64,000 nucleotides of DNA from Candidatus Latescibacterota bacterium (GTDB taxonomy: Bacteria > Latescibacterota > UBA2968 > UBA8231), in NCBI GenBank assembly GCA_965203175.1, contig OZ241867.1:4288001-4352000 (forward strand), given 5' to 3'. Below, in pieces: positions 37,516-45,867 of the stretch (position 1 is its first letter; each line of letters begins with the position of its first letter). The translations under genes and the position numbers were made by a program. A model generated the notes under the pieces. That model was not told where the DNA came from and ran no database searches. It worked only from the letters and a program-made list of their open reading frames with translations.

Positions 37516-40437
37516 TTATTTGAGCAAGGTTAGTTGTTTGGTGGCTAAATAGCCTCCGGCTCGCAATTGGTAGAAATAGGTGCCGCTGGCGACTGTGTGT
37601 CCGGCGTCGTTGCGCCCATTCCACTGGGTGCGATAGTATCCAGCGGCGAGATGTTGTGCGACCAAGGTGCGGATCTTTTGGCCGATAGCGTCGTACAGGG
37701 TCAATTCGACGGCGGCCGGAGTCGCTAGCTGGAATTCGATGGTCGTGGCTGCATTGAAGGGATTGGGGTAGTTCTGGGTAAGGGCAAAGGCGGCCGGTGT
37801 GGTCCCTTTGGCTGCGACGGGGTCTAGACGGGCGATCCATGTAGCTATGAGATCAGCTCCGCGCTCGTCGATGACTGAGGAAGCCAGCGGCGGCATGCGA
37901 AAGGTGCCCATCGTCAGCATCCGCAGGTAGAGCGTGGAAAGCTGCGGTTCTCCAGGGGAGAGGATGAGGGCCTCTGGCTCGCCTATATCGCCGAGCGTGG
38001 GGAAGGCCCCGACCGTATTGGTTTCGGCCAGGGGCGTGTCGTAGCGCAGGTCGATGATGGTGCGGCCGACGCTCTCGGGCCGGTGGCACGGCGCACAGTT
38101 GACGTCCAAGTACGAGCGGGCGCGCTGGTCGAGCGGGATGCTGGGGTCGAAGGGATTGGGCAGGTGAGGCAAGGAAGACAGGTCGGTTGGCAACTCCTCG
38201 GTGAAAAGGCCCTGTTGGGCGAGGGTGTGCAGCTGGTTTTGCTCCGCGTCTGTGTAGAGTTGGGCCGCGTGTACGCCGAGGACGTAGCCCGCGCCCTTGG
38301 TGTGGCAGACCTCGCAGTCTTGGCGCGCGGGAAAATAGTACTCCTGCAAGAGAAATCCCACTGGATCTTGGGGATCGTCAATCACGTATGCAACAGTCGT
38401 GCTGTCGGCGAGTAAGGTGGCGTCGGTGCCGGTTTCGTTCCACAGGTAGCTATAACCGTCCCAACCTGGAGTACCTACGCGCTTGATGAGGAAGCGCGTT
38501 TCGATGATGCGCCGGCTGGCCGGATCGCCGCGCACCAAGTCGAGGTAAAAGTTTTTGATCAGCAGGGTTTCGTCGGGAAAGCCCCAAGGCCCACGGCTGG
38601 CAAAGTCAATGCGCTCGCCGGGCGGCAGGCGAATGAACCGCGTTTTTGTGGTTCCGTCCGACCAAAACGGCGCATTGACTTCGTACGGCACCACGCCGGC
38701 CGCGGGTGTTTGCGCGGCGAGGTCGCTGAAAACCTGCGCATCGGCCAAGCTCGCAGGTGGGAACTCCTCAGCAGGCGGTAGGACGATTTCCCACAGCCCG
38801 CGCTTGCCACTCCATTCGATCACATAGAGACGATTGCCGATGATTTCCGCGTCAATAGGGTTGGAAAATCCGCCGACGATGCGGGTGACACGCGCCTCGT
38901 AGTTGTCGCCGACTTTGGCTAAGTCGAGATGCAGCAGATCTTGGCTAGGGTCGTTGAACGGTCCGTTGACACTGTCCCCGTCGGGATCGCCCCGAGTCCA
39001 ACTGAGCGTGAAGCCGTCACCTTGAAACGGCTCGGCAAGGGCATGGTCCGCGTCGAATACCAATCCGAGCGGCGAGCGATGCGCGGTGAAGGTGCCGAAG
39101 CGCACGCCCTCTTCGCTGGCATCCTTGATTTGGCCGTCGGCTGGGTCTCGGTAGGCGTCGGCGTCTGGTCCGAGATTGATCACTGGGTCGGTGAAATCGC
39201 GCGGTGGCGGTGGGTATGTGGGATCGTTGTGGTAATAGCCTTCGCGCACGGCCGTGGAGCGGGGAGATAGAAGGAAATCGGTGGCTGGGTCGTAGTCGGG
39301 AAATTGCTGCGGGGTGTCGTCGAGACCCATGCGCCAGGGGAAGCCGTAGTGATGCCCTTGACGCAGCCAATTGAGTTCCTCGGGCATGTCGCGGCCCGGT
39401 CCGTTTTCCGTGGTGAAAAGGTCGCCGTTGGGGGCGAAGGCGAAGTCATAGGCATTGCGCAGGCCCTCGGCAAAGAGGAGTCCTTGGTCGAGCAGGGCAT
39501 AGCGGCTGTTGGGCAGCACGAGGTCGCGGGCATCGGTCGGGACGCGCAAAATTACGGCGGTAAGCGCGGTTTCGCGCAGCCCAGGGAAGTGCCCATTGCC
39601 GTCTTGGATCTCGCCGTGATCGGTGCGCGAGCCGCTGTTGATAAAGAGTGTGCGATTGTCGGGGCTGACGATTAGCGCGTTGACCTCGTGGTTGTAGATG
39701 CAGTCGCACCGCTCATAGGGTTCGGTTTCCGCGAGGGTAAACCAGATGCGCTCGCCGCTGCTCGGATCGACTTCGCCTTTGGTGATGGTGGCGATATTGT
39801 AGATGGACAGGTCAATGCGTTTGAGGACGTAAAAGGTGCCGGCTTCGTCGATAAACAGGGCGCTTGGGCGGATGAAGCCGTGGTCAGCGACCGTGTACGC
39901 CGTGCCTTCAGGCAAGAGGGTGATGTCGCCATTGGTTGTCTTGAGGACGTAGCGGTTGTTGGTCGTAGGGTCGCGGCCAAAGATGGAGGCGGCGAGGATG
40001 TCGTCGATGGGAACGTCGGCGGGCAGGTTGTCCGGGGCGAGCTGTTCCCACTGCCGCTCGCCGGTGTCGGCGTCGAGCAAAATGCCTCGGGCGAGGGCAA
40101 ACTGGCCGCTGTCGCGGGGGCCGTGGCGATTGGACGCAAGATAGAACGAGCCATCCGGCCCGATGGCAAAGCCCGTGAAGCCGCTGCTGATGCCGTGATC
40201 GCGGTGGGAGTATGTTGGGACGCGCCTAGCCGCTGTTAGGTTGATGCGTTCAATCGCGCCGTCCTGCCGCAAGATATAGAGCGCGTCGTCGCGCGGATCC
40301 TTGGCGATGCGGATGGTGCCTTGGGTGACGTTGAGGATGCGGCGGATTTCAATGTCGTCGCGGGTGGCTTGCGGCTCGGCGTACACGGTTGAGCAAAAGG
40401 CAACGAGCGCGACGAGCGAGAGGCAACGGACCAGCAT
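37516..40437 (-). CDS. Glucose/sorbosone (PQQ-type) dehydrogenase-like propeller plus diheme cytochrome c plus T9SS type-A-like C-terminal domain
   Basis: GLRNAYDFAF, ENGP, EELN, HYGFP. Two CXXCH (CEVCH, CAPCH) with RMPP. Tail FALTQNYPNPFN...ASGTYFYQL...LTLLK. Signal peptide. Confidence 0.8.
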   Translation of the reverse strand: MLVRCLSLVALVAFCSTVYAEPQATRDDIEIRRILNVTQGTIRIAKDPRDDALYILRQDGAIERINLTAARRVPTYSHRDHGISSGFTGFAIGPDGSFYLASNRHGPRDSGQFALARGILLDADTGERQWEQLAPDNLPADVPIDDILAASIFGRDPTTNNRYVLKTTNGDITLLPEGTAYTVADHGFIRPSALFIDEAGTFYVLKRIDLSIYNIATITKGEVDPSSGERIWFTLAETEPYERCDCIYNHEVNALIVSPDNRTLFINSGSRTDHGEIQDGNGHFPGLRETALTAVILRVPTDARDLVLPNSRYALLDQGLLFAEGLRNAYDFAFAPNGDLFTTENGPGRDMPEELNWLRQGHHYGFPWRMGLDDTPQQFPDYDPATDFLLSPRSTAVREGYYHNDPTYPPPPRDFTDPVINLGPDADAYRDPADGQIKDASEEGVRFGTFTAHRSPLGLVFDADHALAEPFQGDGFTLSWTRGDPDGDSVNGPFNDPSQDLLHLDLAKVGDNYEARVTRIVGGFSNPIDAEIIGNRLYVIEWSGKRGLWEIVLPPAEEFPPASLADAQVFSDLAAQTPAAGVVPYEVNAPFWSDGTTKTRFIRLPPGERIDFASRGPWGFPDETLLIKNFYLDLVRGDPASRRIIETRFLIKRVGTPGWDGYSYLWNETGTDATLLADSTTVAYVIDDPQDPVGFLLQEYYFPARQDCEVCHTKGAGYVLGVHAAQLYTDAEQNQLHTLAQQGLFTEELPTDLSSLPHLPNPFDPSIPLDQRARSYLDVNCAPCHRPESVGRTIIDLRYDTPLAETNTVGAFPTLGDIGEPEALILSPGEPQLSTLYLRMLTMGTFRMPPLASSVIDERGADLIATWIARLDPVAAKGTTPAAFALTQNYPNPFNAATTIEFQLATPAAVELTLYDAIGQKIRTLVAQHLAAGYYRTQWNGRNDAGHTVASGTYFYQLRAGGYLATKQLTLLK

Positions 40438-42495
40438 GACGTTCCTTAACGCAGCTCACTTGAGTAGCATGAGCTGGCGGGTGGCGACAAAGTCTCCGGC
40501 CGATAGTTGGTATAGATACGCGCCGCTGGCTACTGATTCGCCGCGCTCGTTGCGGCCGTCCCATTGCAGGCGGTGATGTCCAGCGGGCAGGGAATCGCTG
40601 ATGAGGGTGCGCACGCGCTGGCCGTTGATGCTGTAAATGGACAACTCGACTCGGGACGGAAGACCGAGTTGGAAGGTAATAGTAGTGCTTGCGTTAAAGG
40701 GGTTGGGGAAGTTCTGCGCCAGCGCAAACTCTGCGGGTACAACACCTTCGGCCTCGGCAATAGCCGTCTCGGTTGCAGCCTGCGGTAGGACTATTTCCCA
40801 TAGCCCGCGCCCGCCACCCCACTCGATAACGTAAATGCGATTGCCGATGATCTCCGCGTCGATGGGATTGGAAAACCCGCCGACGATGCGGGTGACGCGC
40901 GCTTCGTAGTTGTCGCCGACTTTGGCTAAGTCGAGGTGTAGCAGGTCTTCACTGGGGTCGTTGAACGGGCCGGCAACATCATCGCCGTCGGGATCGCCCT
41001 CGGTCCAGCTAAGCACGAAGCCGTCGCCTTGGAATGGCTCGGCGAGGGCATTATTTGCGTCGAATACCAGCCCCAAGGGGGAACGATGCGCGGTGAAGGT
41101 ACCAAAGCGCACGCCCTCTTCGCTGGCATCCTTGAGGTGGCCGTCGGCTGGATCGCGGTAGGCGTCGGCGTCTGGGCCGAGGTTGATCACCGGCTCGGTG
41201 AAGTCGCGCGGCGGCGGTGGATACGTGGGATCGTTGTGGTAGTAGCCTTCGCGCACGGCGGTGAATCTAGCGGGGAGGAGGAAGTCGCTGGCTGGGTCGT
41301 AGTCGGGGAATTGCTGTGGGGTATCTTCGAGACCCATGCGCCAAGGGAAGCCGTAGTGATGGCCTTCGCGCAGCCAGTTGAGCTCCTCGGCCATGTCGCG
41401 ATCCGGTCCGTTTTCCGTGGCGAAGAGGTCGCCGTTGGGCGCGAAGGCGAGGTCGTAGGCGTTGCGCAGGCCCTCGGCAAAGAGGAAGCCTTGGGCGCGA
41501 AGATCGTCGCGGTCGTTGGGTAGTACGAGGTCCCGCGCATCGGTCGGGACGCGCAAAACGATAGCCGTGAGCGCGGTTTCGCGCAGGTCAGGGAACTGCC
41601 TATTGCCGTCTTGCACCTCGCCGTGATCGGTGCGCGAGCCGCTGTTGATAAAGAGCGAGCGGTTGTCGGGGCTGACGACTAGCCCATTGACTTCGTGGTT
41701 AAAGATGCAGTCGCACCGCTCGTAGGGTGCGGTTTCCGCGAGGGTAAACCAGGTGCGCTCGGTGCTGACGATCATAGTATCGACCTGGCCCCTCTGTGCC
41801 TTGGGGAAACTATACCACTTCTTCTCGGTGATAATCCTGCCCTGCTTGTCGTGAAAGACGTACCATTCCTCTCCGCTGCTTGGATCGACTTCGCCTTTGG
41901 TGATGGTGGCGATGTTGTAGCTGGATAGGTCGATGCGTTTGAGGACGTAAAAGATGCCGTCGGCGTCGATGAACAGGGCACTGGGGCGGCTGAAACCGTG
42001 GTCGGCAGCCGTGTACACCGTGCCTTTAGGTACGAGAGTGATGTCGCCGTTGGTCTTGAGCGCGTAGCGGATGTCGGTCGTGGGATCGCGGCCGAGGCTG
42101 GTGGCGGTGAGGATGTCGTCGATGGGAACGTTGGCGGGCAGGTTGTCTGGGTCGAGTTGTTCCCATTGCCGCTCGCCGGTGTCAGCGTCGAGCAAAATGC
42201 CTCGGACAAGGGCAAAGTGGCCGCTGTCGCGCGGACCACGGCGGTTCGACGCGAGGTAAAACGAGCCATCTGGCCCAATGGCAAAGCCCGTAAAGCCGCT
42301 GCGGATGCCGTGATCGTCTCTGGAGTATGCGGGTGTGTGCGCGGCTGTCGCTAGGCCAATGCGATCAATCGAACCGTTCTGCCGCAAGGTATAGAGCGCA
42401 TTGTTGCGCGGATCCTTGGCGATGCGCACCGTACCTCGGGGGACGTTGAGGATGCGGCTAATTTCGATGTCGTCGCGGGTGGCTTGCGGGTCGGC
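38778..42495 (-). repeat. Tandem duplication of the dehydrogenase domain (about 38778-40380 and 40785-42495)
   Basis: Long stretches of near-identical DNA. Offset is 2007 nt at one end and 2115 nt at the other, consistent with a 111-nt insert and a 3-nt indel. Confidence 0.85.
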
Positions 42496-42552
42496 ATAGG
42501 CGGTGGAGCAAAGAGCAGCGAGTACAGCAAATAAGAGGTAATGGGCGAACAT
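40456..42552 (-). CDS. Glucose/sorbosone dehydrogenase-like protein with T9SS type-A-like tail, no heme domain
   Basis: Paralog of 37516-40437 lacking CXXCH. Tail FALAQNFPNPFN...ASGAYLYQL...LMLLK. Signal peptide ending AYA. Confidence 0.8.
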   Translation of the reverse strand: MFAHYLLFAVLAALCSTAYADPQATRDDIEISRILNVPRGTVRIAKDPRNNALYTLRQNGSIDRIGLATAAHTPAYSRDDHGIRSGFTGFAIGPDGSFYLASNRRGPRDSGHFALVRGILLDADTGERQWEQLDPDNLPANVPIDDILTATSLGRDPTTDIRYALKTNGDITLVPKGTVYTAADHGFSRPSALFIDADGIFYVLKRIDLSSYNIATITKGEVDPSSGEEWYVFHDKQGRIITEKKWYSFPKAQRGQVDTMIVSTERTWFTLAETAPYERCDCIFNHEVNGLVVSPDNRSLFINSGSRTDHGEVQDGNRQFPDLRETALTAIVLRVPTDARDLVLPNDRDDLRAQGFLFAEGLRNAYDLAFAPNGDLFATENGPDRDMAEELNWLREGHHYGFPWRMGLEDTPQQFPDYDPASDFLLPARFTAVREGYYHNDPTYPPPPRDFTEPVINLGPDADAYRDPADGHLKDASEEGVRFGTFTAHRSPLGLVFDANNALAEPFQGDGFVLSWTEGDPDGDDVAGPFNDPSEDLLHLDLAKVGDNYEARVTRIVGGFSNPIDAEIIGNRIYVIEWGGGRGLWEIVLPQAATETAIAEAEGVVPAEFALAQNFPNPFNASTTITFQLGLPSRVELSIYSINGQRVRTLISDSLPAGHHRLQWDGRNERGESVASGAYLYQLSAGDFVATRQLMLLK

Positions 42553-42579
42553 GGGGTCCTTTCAAAAGGAAAAGTGGGG

Positions 42580-42957
42580 TCAGGGCCGAAAGATTTTTAG
42601 ATCGAGTTCGTTGATTTCGCGGTAGTGTTTTCTATTGGCTGTACAAAGTGTTAAGTGATGTTCAATAGCGGTTGCAGCAATCAAGGCATCGGCCAGATAC
42701 AGCGCTGTTTTAAGGGTGTATTCTTCCATATATACAGACGCTCGGTGGCCGATGTTTTCAGTGAGAGGTACGGTCTGAAAAGCGTGATCCATGAGAAAAT
42801 TCTTGATCTTTTTTAACTCCTGCCGATTTCTTGCACCCTGGATAAATTCCATATACGTAACAATTGATATCTGACGATCAGCGATACGGTCAACGAGGTT
42901 TGCAGCCCCTGCATGGCCTCTGAAAACCCATATCACAACATCGGTATCAAAAATCAT
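42580..42957 (-). CDS. vapC: PIN-domain toxin (VapC family)
   Basis: IFDTDVVI, ISIVTYME, LADALIAATA, LCTANRKHY. Overlaps the upstream small gene. Confidence 0.9.
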   Translation of the reverse strand: MIFDTDVVIWVFRGHAGAANLVDRIADRQISIVTYMEFIQGARNRQELKKIKNFLMDHAFQTVPLTENIGHRASVYMEEYTLKTALYLADALIAATAIEHHLTLCTANRKHYREINELDLKIFRP

Positions 42958-43192
42958 TCAAGCGGCCTTTGCGCAGATTGCGGACGTACGCATCGACATC
43001 GGTCATATCTTTTCTGTCTCGCCACAGACCAAAAGCCTCGTGGTCTTTTACCGATTTGTCTGTTCGCTGTCGGCTGGGAGACAGGATAGCTTTTTCCTTG
43101 CCGCGATAAAAGATAGTGACCGATTCGTTGCGGTCGAGCGCGAGCAAAACATCTTTCATGCGTCGTCTTAAGTCGAGAATAGATGCTTTCAT
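42947..43192 (-). CDS. Type II antitoxin, Phd/YefM-like N-terminus
   Basis: 81 aa, MKASILDLRR...ESVTIFYRGKEKAIL. AAGGAG RBS. Directly upstream of vapC with 11-nt overlap. Confidence 0.75.
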   Translation of the reverse strand: MKASILDLRRRMKDVLLALDRNESVTIFYRGKEKAILSPSRQRTDKSVKDHEAFGLWRDRKDMTDVDAYVRNLRKGRLNDF

Positions 43193-43210
43193 AATTTCTC
43201 CTTAAAGTGG

Positions 43211-43244
43211 ACACATAATGTGTGCAATTAAAATAAAATGTCAA
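43211..43244 (-). promoter_or_regulatory. TA operon promoter with overlapping palindromic operator
   Basis: Minus strand TTGACA (43244-43239), 18 nt, CATTAT (43220-43215). Palindrome ACACAT-A-ATGTGT at 43211-43223 covers the -10. Confidence 0.6.
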
Positions 43245-43375
43245 GCGGTGCGTTGGGTTTGAGCCGGATCTGGATAGCGATGTGAAAATCGGCGAACCCC
43301 TTGGTTTGCCCACTACCTGACGCCCTAAAACGCGCCTCTTGGCTGCCAGTTGCTCGCCAGGGCGGTAAACAGAAT

Positions 43376-43408
43376 AAGCCCAACGAGTTAGAGGGGGTCG
43401 TTGGGCTT
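43376..43408 (-). terminator. Stem-loop, probable terminator downstream of the LRR gene
   Basis: 11-bp inverted repeat AAGCCCAACGA / TCGTTGGGCTT with T-rich flanks on both strands. Confidence 0.5.
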
Positions 43409-43441
43409 CTTATTGCAATGCGGTTTTCTATTGCGAGATTT

Positions 43442-43633
43442 CTACGTCTGGCTTGAAAGGGGCCTCGCGCTTTGGGCTATGGGCTCGTCGTGGTATAAGC
43501 GGCGGAGTAACAGGCTGCGAGCGAGAGGCCACGGGCGAACATGGATCGCATTATTCGCACGCAAAGCATCGCCAGAGCAGGCTAAGTCCGCTAGCGCAAC
43601 GGCGAAAACGACAAGCCTTTCGAGGTGAGTCAT
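43442..43633 (-). pseudogene. Possible remnant of a lipoprotein gene
   Basis: ATG 1 nt after the LRR stop. Leader MTHLERLVVFAVALADLACS resembles a damaged lipoprotein signal. The rest is short and unrecognisable. Confidence 0.2.
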
Positions 43634-43634
43634 A

Positions 43635-45404
43635 TCATCCATCGCAGACAGACAATCCCAGTTGATCTAGGTCATTGTCCGTTATCGTTTGCAAATTGGC
43701 TGGGATACACCCACTGAAGTTGTTGCCGCGCAGAGCCAGCCATTCCAAGTTGTTCAGTTGGGCTAACTCAGCAGGGATCGAGCCGCTGAGCTGGTTGCCG
43801 TCCAGACCCAGCGTTTGCAGGTTGTTCAGTTGGGCTAACTCAGCAGGGATCGAGCCGCTTAACTGGTTGTTGGACAGAGCCAGCCATTCCAAGTTGTTCA
43901 GTTGGGCTAACTCAGCAGGGATCGAGCCGCTTAACTGGTTGCCGTCCAGACCCAGCAATTCCAGGTTGTTCAGTTGTCCTAACTCAGCAGGGATCGAGCC
44001 GCTTAACTGGTTGAAGGCCAGAACCAGCGTTTGCAGGTTGTTCAGTTGGGCTAACTCAGCGGGGATTGAGCCGCTTAACTGGTTTTTGAACAGAATCAGC
44101 GTTTGCAGGTTGTTCAGTTGGGCTAACTCAGCAGGGATTGAGCCGCTGAGGCCGAGTTCAGTCAACCTCAGCCCGGTAACGCGCCCCTCGATATCGGTGG
44201 TCACGCCCTGCCAGATGCTGATCGGTTCGTCGCTGCCCCAATTGTCGCCCGTCCAAGCACTACCGCCGCCTGTAGCTGCATAGAAGGCTATCAGGGCCGC
44301 CCGATCAGCAGGATGCTCAGGCAACTCGGATGCATCGCAGAGAGACAATCCCAGTTGATCTAGGTCATTGTCCGTTATCGTTTGCAGACTGGCTGGGATA
44401 CACCCACTGAAGTTGTTGCCGCGCAGCCACAGCCATTGCAGGTTGTTCAGTTGGGCTAACTCAGCAGGGATCGAGCCGCTGAGTTGGTTGCCGTCCAGCC
44501 ACAGCCATTGCAGGTTGTTCAGTTGGGCTAACTCAGCGGGGATCGAGCCGCTGAACTGGTTGTTGGACAGAGCCAGCCATTGCAGGTTGTTCAGTTGGGC
44601 TAACTCAGCGGGAATTGAGCCGCTGAGCTGGTTGTTGGACAGAGCCAGCCATTGCAGGTTGTTCAGTTGGGCTAACTCAGCAGGGATCGAGCCGCTGAGC
44701 TGGTTGTTGGACAGAGCCAGCGTTGTCAGGTTGTTCAGTTGGGCTAACTCAGCAGGGATCGAGCCGCTGAGCTGGTTTATGGACAGAGCCAGCCATTGCA
44801 GGTTGTTCAGTTGGGCTAACTCAGCAGGAATTGAGCCGCTTAGGCCGAGTTCATACAGCTCCAGCTTGGTAATGCGCCCCTCGGTATCGGTGGTTGCGCC
44901 TTGCCAGGTGCCGATCGGTTCGTCGCTGCCCCAATTGTCGCCTGTCCAAGCACTACCGCCGCCCGTGGCTTCATAGAAGGCCAGCAGTACAGCGCGATCA
45001 TCGGATTGTTCGGGCATGGGTTCGGGCTCCGGCTCGTCTTCGACCGTCACGGGTGACGACTTGGTCAGGTCCGCCAAGGGTTGGATGTCCGTAATGTCGT
45101 TTCCCCACAAGAGCAACGTGTCCAGGTTGATGCAGTGCTGGATGCCGGCCAGATTCGTGATGCCTTGCTCGTTTGCCCGGAGTCGGGTCAGAGCCACCAG
45201 CTCATCGATGGTGATAGTAGCGCCGCGCGGCTTCTTCAGCGCCCAACGGAGGACGCGCGCCAAGTCCTGGTCGGCAAAGGAAGCACCTGCCAGTGCCTTG
45301 CCCGCGCCTGCGGTGGGCGCGGGACCTGGATTGACGCTTTTGTCCTCTGAGCAAGCAAAAAGGGCCAAAAGGGTAAAAAGGGCGATGAAAATGCGAGCGG
45401 TCAT
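43635..45404 (-). CDS. Leucine-rich-repeat lipoprotein with 12 plant-type 24-aa LRRs in two capped blocks
   Basis: Lipobox LFAC. Repeats LSGSIPAELAQLNNLxxLxLxxNQ. N-caps DRAxLxAFY.ATGG..W...W.....WQG. ATG 45404 after a purine-rich RBS. Confidence 0.9.
   Translation of the reverse strand: MTARIFIALFTLLALFACSEDKSVNPGPAPTAGAGKALAGASFADQDLARVLRWALKKPRGATITIDELVALTRLRANEQGITNLAGIQHCINLDTLLLWGNDITDIQPLADLTKSSPVTVEDEPEPEPMPEQSDDRAVLLAFYEATGGGSAWTGDNWGSDEPIGTWQGATTDTEGRITKLELYELGLSGSIPAELAQLNNLQWLALSINQLSGSIPAELAQLNNLTTLALSNNQLSGSIPAELAQLNNLQWLALSNNQLSGSIPAELAQLNNLQWLALSNNQFSGSIPAELAQLNNLQWLWLDGNQLSGSIPAELAQLNNLQWLWLRGNNFSGCIPASLQTITDNDLDQLGLSLCDASELPEHPADRAALIAFYAATGGGSAWTGDNWGSDEPISIWQGVTTDIEGRVTGLRLTELGLSGSIPAELAQLNNLQTLILFKNQLSGSIPAELAQLNNLQTLVLAFNQLSGSIPAELGQLNNLELLGLDGNQLSGSIPAELAQLNNLEWLALSNNQLSGSIPAELAQLNNLQTLGLDGNQLSGSIPAELAQLNNLEWLALRGNNFSGCIPANLQTITDNDLDQLGLSVCDG
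43638..45000 (-). repeat. Nested repeats: two copies (693-nt offset) each containing six 72-bp tandem units
   Basis: TTGTTCAGTTGGGCTAACTCAGCAGGGATCGAGCCGCT recurs every 72 nt. Identical block ends at 43675 and 44368. Confidence 0.9.
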
Positions 45405-45580
45405 ATCGTTCCCCCCTTCATTCAAGCGCTTTTACATGCTCTAAATTTCAAACGGATACACTACCGAAATGATGAAGCCACCAATTGCTCTTTTTCACGT
45501 CTCCTCTCTAGCCATCCCAGCCGGAGTCAGTGCGTGTAGGTCGCCTCCAAATTGCTATCGTGTACTCAGACCATTATTTA

Positions 45581-45597
45581 ATCAATATCTGTGCCAA
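45581..45597 (-). promoter_or_regulatory. Putative sigma54 (-24/-12) promoter facing the LRR gene
   Basis: Minus strand TTGGCAC-AGATA-TTGAT. It matches TGGCAC-N5-TTGC except C to A at -12. Confidence 0.5.
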
Positions 45598-45697
45598 TGT
45601 GAGTTGTTCCAAAAATTATATCCATAAGATGTTATTTTTAATCAAGATAGAATCACTACAAGATCGAAAACAAAAAGCCTGTCTGACTGTCTGTGGA

Positions 45698-45800
45698 CGA
45701 TATATCGCCCCCAAAGCAGTTAGACAGGCTCTCAAATTAATTAATTAACAGTTAGTTATAATCAATGGGCGATATATCGCCTCAAATCCAATATATCGCC
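45698..45800. promoter_or_regulatory. Three related palindromic sites, candidate enhancer (UAS) elements
   Basis: CGATATATCG (45698-45707), GGCGATATATCGCC (45768-45781), partial ATATATCGCC (45791-45800). Confidence 0.6.
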
Positions 45801-45867
45801 CTTAGGGAAAGGGGCTTTCCCCGCCAGCGCAGCGGCCCTCTATAGCTAACAAACTGCCGCCGTTATT

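Noticed and set aside
43675-44976. Two 202-aa repetitive plus-strand ORFs
   Set aside because: They are antisense shadows of the LRR repeats.
43638-45000. Regular 72-bp repeats resembling a CRISPR array
   Set aside because: The units are in-frame LRR codons, the variable parts are short and related to each other, and no cas genes are present.
28670-45404. Diversity-generating retroelement behind the near-identical repeats
   Set aside because: No reverse transcriptase in the window, all repeat copies are coding, and the differences did not look adenine-specific by eye.
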